Origin: Octopus bimaculoides
Lineage: Eukaryota
Direction of reading: 5' to 3'
NCBI RefSeq assembly: GCF_001194135.2
Contig: NC_068990.1
Coordinates: 58,444,207-58,486,399 of the forward strand
DNA: 42,193 nt
The notes beneath the pieces are model-generated. The model saw only the letters and a program-made list of their open reading frames with translations, did no database searches and was not told the DNA's origin. Positions 35,892 to 42,193 of this stretch are shown one piece after another. The position numbers were made by a program, and so were the translations under genes. Every line of letters starts with the position of its first letter. Position 1 is the first letter of the stretch.

Positions 35892-37705
35892 TAGACTCAT
35901 ATAAATTGTTCCNNNNNNNNNNNNNNNNNNNNNNNNNNNNNNNNNNNNNNNNNNNNNNNNNNNNNNNNNNNNNNNNNNNNNNNNNNNNNNNNNNNNNNNN
36001 NNNNNNNNNNNNNNNNNNNNNNNNNNNNNNNNNNNNNNNNNNNNNNNNNNNNNNNNNNNNNNNNNNNNNNNNNNNNNNNNNNNNNNNNNNNNNNNNNNNN
36101 NNNNNNNNNNNNNNNNNNNNNNNNNNNNNNNNNNNNNNNNNNNNNNNNNNNNNNNNNNNNNNNNNNNNNNNNNNNNNNNNNNNNNNNNNNNNNNNNNNNN
36201 NNNNNNNNNNNNNNNNNNNNNNNNNNNNNNNNNNNNNNNNNNNNNNNNNNNNNNNNNNNNNNNNNNNNNNNNNNNNNNNNNNNNNNNNNNNNNNNNNNNN
36301 NNNNNNNNNNNNNNNNNNNNNNNNNNNNNNNNNNNNNNNCGCACACAGGCTGTCGAGACCAGTAAAATTGAAATGGTAACAGAAGAAGAAATCGAGAAGT
36401 GCCAGGGTGAATTTGTAAATGAAGCCACGTACATCGGCAGAGGAAGAAAGTTCGGTACGGTGGAGGTGAAGTTTGCCACCAGAGAAGAGGTAACCAAGTA
36501 TGCGACCACCATTTTAAAAACACAAAAAATAGTACTACTACCAAGTTATAGAGGAAGAAGTAGTGTGAGAATACGTATTCCGAGAGTGCCACCAGAAATT
36601 AAACCGGAGTGGTTGGTTGAAACAATTCTGGCTGCAACCATGGGGGATCCGGAATTGGGACCAGTAGCGGAAACGGAAGTGCGCAACTGGTGGGGATTTG
36701 GATTCGAAATGTAGCTTTTTGTCACATTCGAGAACATAGAAAGAATTCCCTATCAAATAGAAGTGGAGAACGAGAAGACATTAAATGTTGTAGTTGAAGG
36801 AAGAAAACCAAACTGTTACATTTGCGGGGAGAGAGGTCATATGAAGACCAAATGCCCCCTATATGAGTTTACACAGCCGGAACGAGAGAAAATACAAACA
36901 GAAGAGGAAAATATTGTAGACCACACTGAATAATCTAAAGAGAGACAGAAGTATAAAACAGAGGAAACAAAAGCGAAGAACAATAACGGGTCTTCTAGCC
37001 CTAAAAAGCGGAAGAAACATAAGTCAAAGGAACGGTCAACAGAGAACAAAAAAGAGATGGGAAAGCCAGAAATTAATAATGTACAAGAAAAGGAGGAGAG
37101 AACGGATAAAGACGTTAAATATAAGGGTGGGGTTGATAAAATATGAGAAGAACGAGCAGATGGACAGAAAGATCGCAAAGTTGAAGGGAATAACAAGAGT
37201 GAAGATGCCGGAAGCCTGTGTTGAGAAATGCATTTTGATACGCGAGGAAAACTACTGGGAGTACATAAAAGAATTTGATGAGAATGTAACAAGGAAACGG
37301 GTTTGGTTGGTGGAGACTGGAGACAACCCCCCACCCCCTACCCCCCCGAACTAATTATTGACAGTTGATAAAGACGGAAGTAACAGTGATTAATGGGAGA
37401 AAAAATAACGTGGATATTTCAATTTTTGGAGTTGCAAAACTGTTAAAATGTATGCATGGAGTTTAAGTAAAAGTGAGAAACTAGATAAATGTAACCACCC
37501 GAATTCGGGGGTCGAGTGGACATTGCGCGTCATTTTTTCATTCTTGCATATTATCATTTTATTTTAATTTTTCTTCTACTATCACCATTCGCTTTTTGTA
37601 ATTTTTAGTTCCCCGAATTTATGTTTGTTACGTTTTGTACTGTCTTTATGTTTTGTGATGTCCGGAAAAGCTCTCTGTGTAACCTTTTTTGGGTAATAAA
37701 GAAAT
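35892..37705 (+). mobile_element. ORF1-only (HAL1-like) Tx1-derived retroelement inserted in a SINE B copy
   Basis: ORF1 remnant, poly-C, ~350-nt T-rich 3' UTR, ends GGTAATAAAGAAAT. No RT or endonuclease sequence between ORF and tail. SINE B resumes at 37706. Confidence 0.7.
36340..37354 (+). pseudogene. Tx1-type ORF1/gag-like protein (RRM-like, CCHC knuckle, basic linker, extra C-terminal domain)
   Basis: Reading through TAG 36712: 'VVVEGRKPNCYICGERGHMKTKCP' (CX2CX4HX4C); NLS-like 'PKKRKKHK'; frameshift into 37079..37354. Confidence 0.8.
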
Positions 37706-38412
37706 CGGTATTTCATTTGTCTTTACGTTCTGAGTTCAAATGTCGCTGAGTCGGCGTTGCCTTTCATCCTTTCGGGGTCGATAAATTAAGTACTAGTTGC
37801 GTACTGGAGTCGGTATAATCGATTGCCCCCCCTCCCCCAAAATTTTGGGCTTTGTGCCTAGAGTAGAAAAGAATATTCACGCTGATATCACAGTAATAGA
37901 AAAGCTATATCATCGGAAGACATCAAGATTTAATTGTCGCCTACTGGCACAAACAACTAACATTTTACTGGCACTGTTTATCAACCTCTTTTGGGCGGCG
38001 AGCTGGCAGAATCTTTACCACGCCGAGCAAAATACTTAGTGATATTTTGTCCGCCTTTAAGTTCTGTGTTCAAATTCCTCCGAGGTCGACTTTACCTTTC
38101 ATCATTACGGGGTCGATAAAATAGGTGCTCTTTGGGCATTGGGGTCAATGTTATCGACTTATCCCGCTACCCCGAAATTACTGGCCTTGTGCCAAAATTT
38201 GAAGCCAGTATTTTATCAACTCCTAAGTTAGCAGAATCGTTGGCTCACCAGGCAAAATGATCAGCGCAATTTCATCCATCTTTAAGTTCTGGGTTCAAAT
38301 TCCGTAGAGGCTGACTTTGCTTTTCATCTTTTCGGAATTGATACTGGGGTTGATGAAAGAGACATCCCTTCCCCACAGAATCGCTGGCCTTGTGCCAAAA
38401 ATTAAAACTATC
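37706..38412 (+). mobile_element. Three further co-oriented SINE B copies (37706-37876, 37992-38215, 38226-38412)
   Basis: Each contains the GTTCAAAT B box and the (C/T)TTTGTGCC-type tail. Confidence 0.85.
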
Positions 38413-38559
38413 TTATCATCCTCTACCAAGTTCATTAAGCGTACCAATGTAGAGCTGGTTGGCATTAATAGAAACAATTCTCATATTGAAGAATACACAC
38501 ACATACACACACGCACACATGCGCGCACTCATACATACACACATACACACACACACACC

Positions 38560-39290
38560 TACTGAACGTCGTGGACATACTAAATAGAAACCGGTTTATT
38601 AAAAGATTGCTATAGCATTGATTGAAGGGTGCTAACTATGAAACTTTTTTTCCTAATGATAAAACGTCATTTCCTGAAATAGGCTTGACGTCACGTGGTG
38701 TCACGAGATGACGGAGTGTTCTGGATCCAAAGAGACGTACTCAGTATCTTGTGCAACCACCGTTAGCGTTGATTACCACCAGGCATCTTCTATTCATTGA
38801 ATGCACTAAACAATTGATGAAGGTCATGGGGATAGCAGCCAACACTGTTAAAACTTGCAGTGAGTTATGCCGCAGCTGTCGGCCTTGGACGGATGTCATT
38901 TAGCCTTCTTTGGATTTCGTCCCACAGTTTCTCTATGGGGTTCAAATCTGGACTTAGAGCAGACCATGGCAATGTCTGGATGTTGTGCTGTTGGAGGAAG
39001 TCAGTTGTCAACCTGGCAGTATGAGCACGGGCGTTGTCGTGCCGGAACACGTGACTCCGATAACGGGAAATGTATGGCCCAATGTGAGGCCTCAACACTT
39101 GGTCGATGTAGCAAGCAGCAGTTACTCAATTGCCCCGGCCTTGGCCGATGTTTTGGAAGACCACAAGTCAAAGCTTCTGGTTGAGTGCAATCCCACCCCA
39201 TACCAAGATGTGCTGTCCTCCTCATGAGTCTCTTTCCACCACAGCCATCAGCATGATGTTCATCCCTTCTTCTCCAAACCTTCTCTGAGT
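38560..39290 (-). mobile_element. Tc1 transposon 3' fragment (DD34E transposase)
   Basis: 'FRHDNARAH...WSALSPDLNPIE' with exactly 34 residues between D and E; upstream 'VWGGI'; C-terminus 'NANGGCTRY*' ending at 38741. Stops and frameshifts present. Confidence 0.9.
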
Positions 39291-39392
39291 TTCCATTTAC
39301 GAATTCCACTCACAAGGCTTTGGTCGTCCTTAGGCTATTGTAGAAGGCACTTGTCTAAGGTGCCATCTAGTGGGACTAAACTCGGAAGCACT
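39287..39392 (-). mobile_element. SINE family C head fragment truncating the Tc1
   Basis: CCACTCACAAGGCTTTGGTCG...AAGGTGCCA...GTGGGACT. Confidence 0.75.
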
Positions 39393-40471
39393 TGGATTTA
39401 ATTTCAGATAATTCTCTGTTTTTTGTTTTTTCTTTAATTTTCATATAAATATGCTTACCTCGACTTAAAATTAACTATATGTACTTAATGGTAAGGTATT
39501 CCTAGGAAATTTTGTCCGCATATCATATGTATTCCTGGTATTGTTCTGCAGGTTCCAAAACCCAAAAGGGGTGAGACTAGGGTGAACATATGACCAACGA
39601 CATAAAGTATACAGCAAAACGCCACTCAATTAGGTTATATTCCATCTACTGAACATCCTTGTCTCAAAGTACATTGGGATTTTCGTGATTCATAACTATG
39701 CAATACGTGATGCATTTGACTAAGAGAGAATACAACTACAAGATAGGTCGATCGGTCAATTGATGTGTGTGTTTGTGTATATACATATATATATACGTAT
39801 ATACATACATATATATATATATATTGATAGGAAGGACAACAAAAGAAAGAAAGAGACCTCGATATTATGTAAATATATATATATATATATATATATATAC
39901 ACGCACACTCATATGCATATATATATATATATATATACACACACATATACATGTGCGTAGATATATGTATAAATATGTGTGAGCGTGTGTGACTGTGCGT
40001 GCGTGCGTGCGTGCATGTGTGCGTGCGTAGGAATATATATGAATGTACATAGATAGGGACAGACAGATAGATAGATAGATAGATAGATAGATGTTTCGTG
40101 GACAGACAGACAGACAGACAGACAGACTGATGGGTAGCTAGATGGATTCAAAGTGAGAAAATCAGAGGAGGTGAAACGATGTGATATCAAGAGAAGTGAC
40201 ACGCAAATAAACTGCCGTTCGTCAAAGGGACTTTTTCACCGAGACGCCGACCTTACCAAGATGGCTGTCACATAGAATTAACAAACGCAGCTGTTAGATG
40301 TCAGATCAACAAAAATATGACAACAGCATTTGCCTGGTAAAGTCATAAAACATGAAAACATCTTGATTCAACAAAGTTTACAGCAAGGAAACTATTTGCT
40401 GGCCTACTCCTCTCTTATAAACTATCTTTCTTTTTTCCCTCCTTCTTCCTCTCTGTCTCTGTCTCTCTCTC

Positions 40472-40528
<57 letters not shown>

Positions 40529-41584
40529 NNNNNNNNNNNNNNNNNNNNNNNNNNNNNNNNNNNNNNNNNNNNNNNNNNNNNNNNNNNNNNNNNNNNNNNN
40601 NNNNNNNNNNNNNNNNNNNNNNNNNNNNNNNNNNNNNNNNNNNNNNNNNNNNNNNNNNNNNNNNNNNNNNNNNNNNNNNNNNNNNNNNNNNNNNNNNNNN
40701 NNNNNNNNNNNNNNNNNNNNNNNNNNNNNNNNNNNNNNNNNNNNNNNNNNNNNNNNNNNNNNNNNNNNNNNNNNNNNNNNNNNNNNNNNNNNNNNNNNNN
40801 NNNNNNNNNNNNNNNNNNNNNNNNNNNNNNNNNNNNNNNNNNNNNNNNNNNNNNNNNNNNNNNNNNNNNNNNNNNNNNNNNNNNNNNNNNNNNNNNNNNN
40901 NNNNNNNNNNNNNNNNNNNNNNNNNNNNNNNNNNNNNNNNNNNNNNNNNNNNNNNNNNNNNNNNNNNNNNNNNNNNNNNNNNNNNNNNNNNNNNNNNNNN
41001 NNNNNNNNNNNNNNNNNNNNNNNNNNNNNNNNNNNNNNNNNNNNNNNNNNNNNNNNNNNNNNNNNNNNNNNNNNNNNNNNNNNNNNNNNNNNNNNNNNNN
41101 NNNNNNNNNNNNNNNNNNNNNNNNNNNNNNNNNNNNNNNNNNNNNNNNNNNNNNNNNNNNNNNNNNNNNNNNNNNNNNNNNNNNNNNNNNNNNNNNNNNN
41201 NNNNNNNNNNNNNNNNNNNNNNNNNNNNNNNNNNNNNNNNNNNNNNNNNNNNNNNNNNNNNNNNNNNNNNNNNNNNNNNNNNNNNNNNNNNNNNNNNNNN
41301 NNNNNNNNNNNNNNNNNNNNNNNNNNNNNNNNNNNNNNNNNNNNNNNNNNNNNNNNNNNNNNNNNGATCGTGTATAGAGGAATTTATTATCTAAAAGAGT
41401 TCCAACTCTGTCTGTTTTTTTTTTTTCTTGTTTTATTTATATTCTTATGAAATTAATGTGGGATATAGAATATGGAATATATACTATAAATAGTTAAATG
41501 AAATGAAGTATTGAATGTCTTATTGAATATACGAAATATTGAGTATAAAATATAGAGTATTAAATATATAAGGACTAGTATACT

Positions 41585-41964
41585 TCCCTGCCTCATGGCA
41601 GTCATCAAGATCAGGAGCAGAAGTAGTGGGGGGAGCATCATAATCCTGTGTTGAGAGAAACTCTTTAGGGTTTGAATAATTCACCTTTGGAAACATGGGT
41701 ATTTCGTTCGACATCCTCAAACAACCTTTATTCAAGGACCTTTTAAGCGGGATGGCCTACTCGACCTGAAGAAAATTCTAACTGGGCCCCACCTGCGAGG
41801 TGATACGCTGTTTATCTTGATATTAGACCACTATGTCGTGCACATATGGTTTTGATGCATGTGCCTGGTGTACCCTTATGAGACAGGTAGTCATGACGGG
41901 TATACTGGGCTTCATATATTTTACCCCAGTGTCACTTTGATGGCATGCCCTGCTCTCTCACTCA
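41585..41964 (-). mobile_element. Family D repeat, 5' part, adjacent to (AAT)n
   Basis: Reverse complement of 14026-14350. Confidence 0.85.
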
Positions 41965-41966
41965 GT

Positions 41967-42053
<87 letters not shown>

Positions 42054-42075
42054 AATAATAACAATAATAACAACA
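41967..42075. repeat. (AAT)n/(GAT)n compound microsatellite
   Basis: Direct observation. Confidence 0.97.
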
Positions 42076-42079
42076 TCAA

Positions 42080-42180
42080 AAATTCCTTATGAAGGCTGGA
42101 GGGTATATCAGCCGAAACGTTGTGTTAACAACAAACAAGATGAGGACAAATATCCATCAAATGTAAATAATGTAAATAAT
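42080..42180 (+). mobile_element. Penelope-like terminus with degenerate hammerhead motif
   Basis: CTTATGA-A-GGCTG/CAGCC-GAAAC-GTT-GTG, followed by an (AATGTAAAT)2 tail. Confidence 0.45.
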
Positions 42181-42193
42181 ATATATATATATA

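Noticed and set aside
39540-39580. Candidate micro-exon (TTCTGCAG|...|GTGAG)
   Set aside because: Splice-like motifs alone; no partner exons or recognisable peptide.

Overview
AT-rich, microsatellite-dense animal genomic DNA from a gapped scaffold (8 large N-gaps). The repeat families look cephalopod/octopus-like, which is an inference from memory and not a database result. I find no intact protein-coding or RNA gene. Much of the window is transposon debris: three to four tRNA-derived SINE families (labelled A, B, C here), an (AAT)n-associated repeat (family D), a Tx1/L1-clade LINE relic (ORF1 + RT), two R4/Dong-type LINE 3' fragments, Tc1 (DD34E) and mariner fragments, a hAT MITE, fold-back MITEs and Penelope-like tails. 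Two things stand out, both from manual translation and alignment. (1) The unique DNA between the repeats reads on the minus strand as a co-oriented tandem cluster of three or four heavily decayed Toll-like-receptor-type pseudogenes (LRR, LRRCT, TM, TIR remnants). Excising TSD-flanked insertions restores an open frame in one copy. (2) An ORF1-only (HAL1-like) Tx1-derived retroelement with an unfamiliar C-terminal domain, and a chimeric SINE with a similar 3' tail, both sit at the same site in a tRNA-derived SINE head. This suggests a SINE-targeting retrotransposon system.
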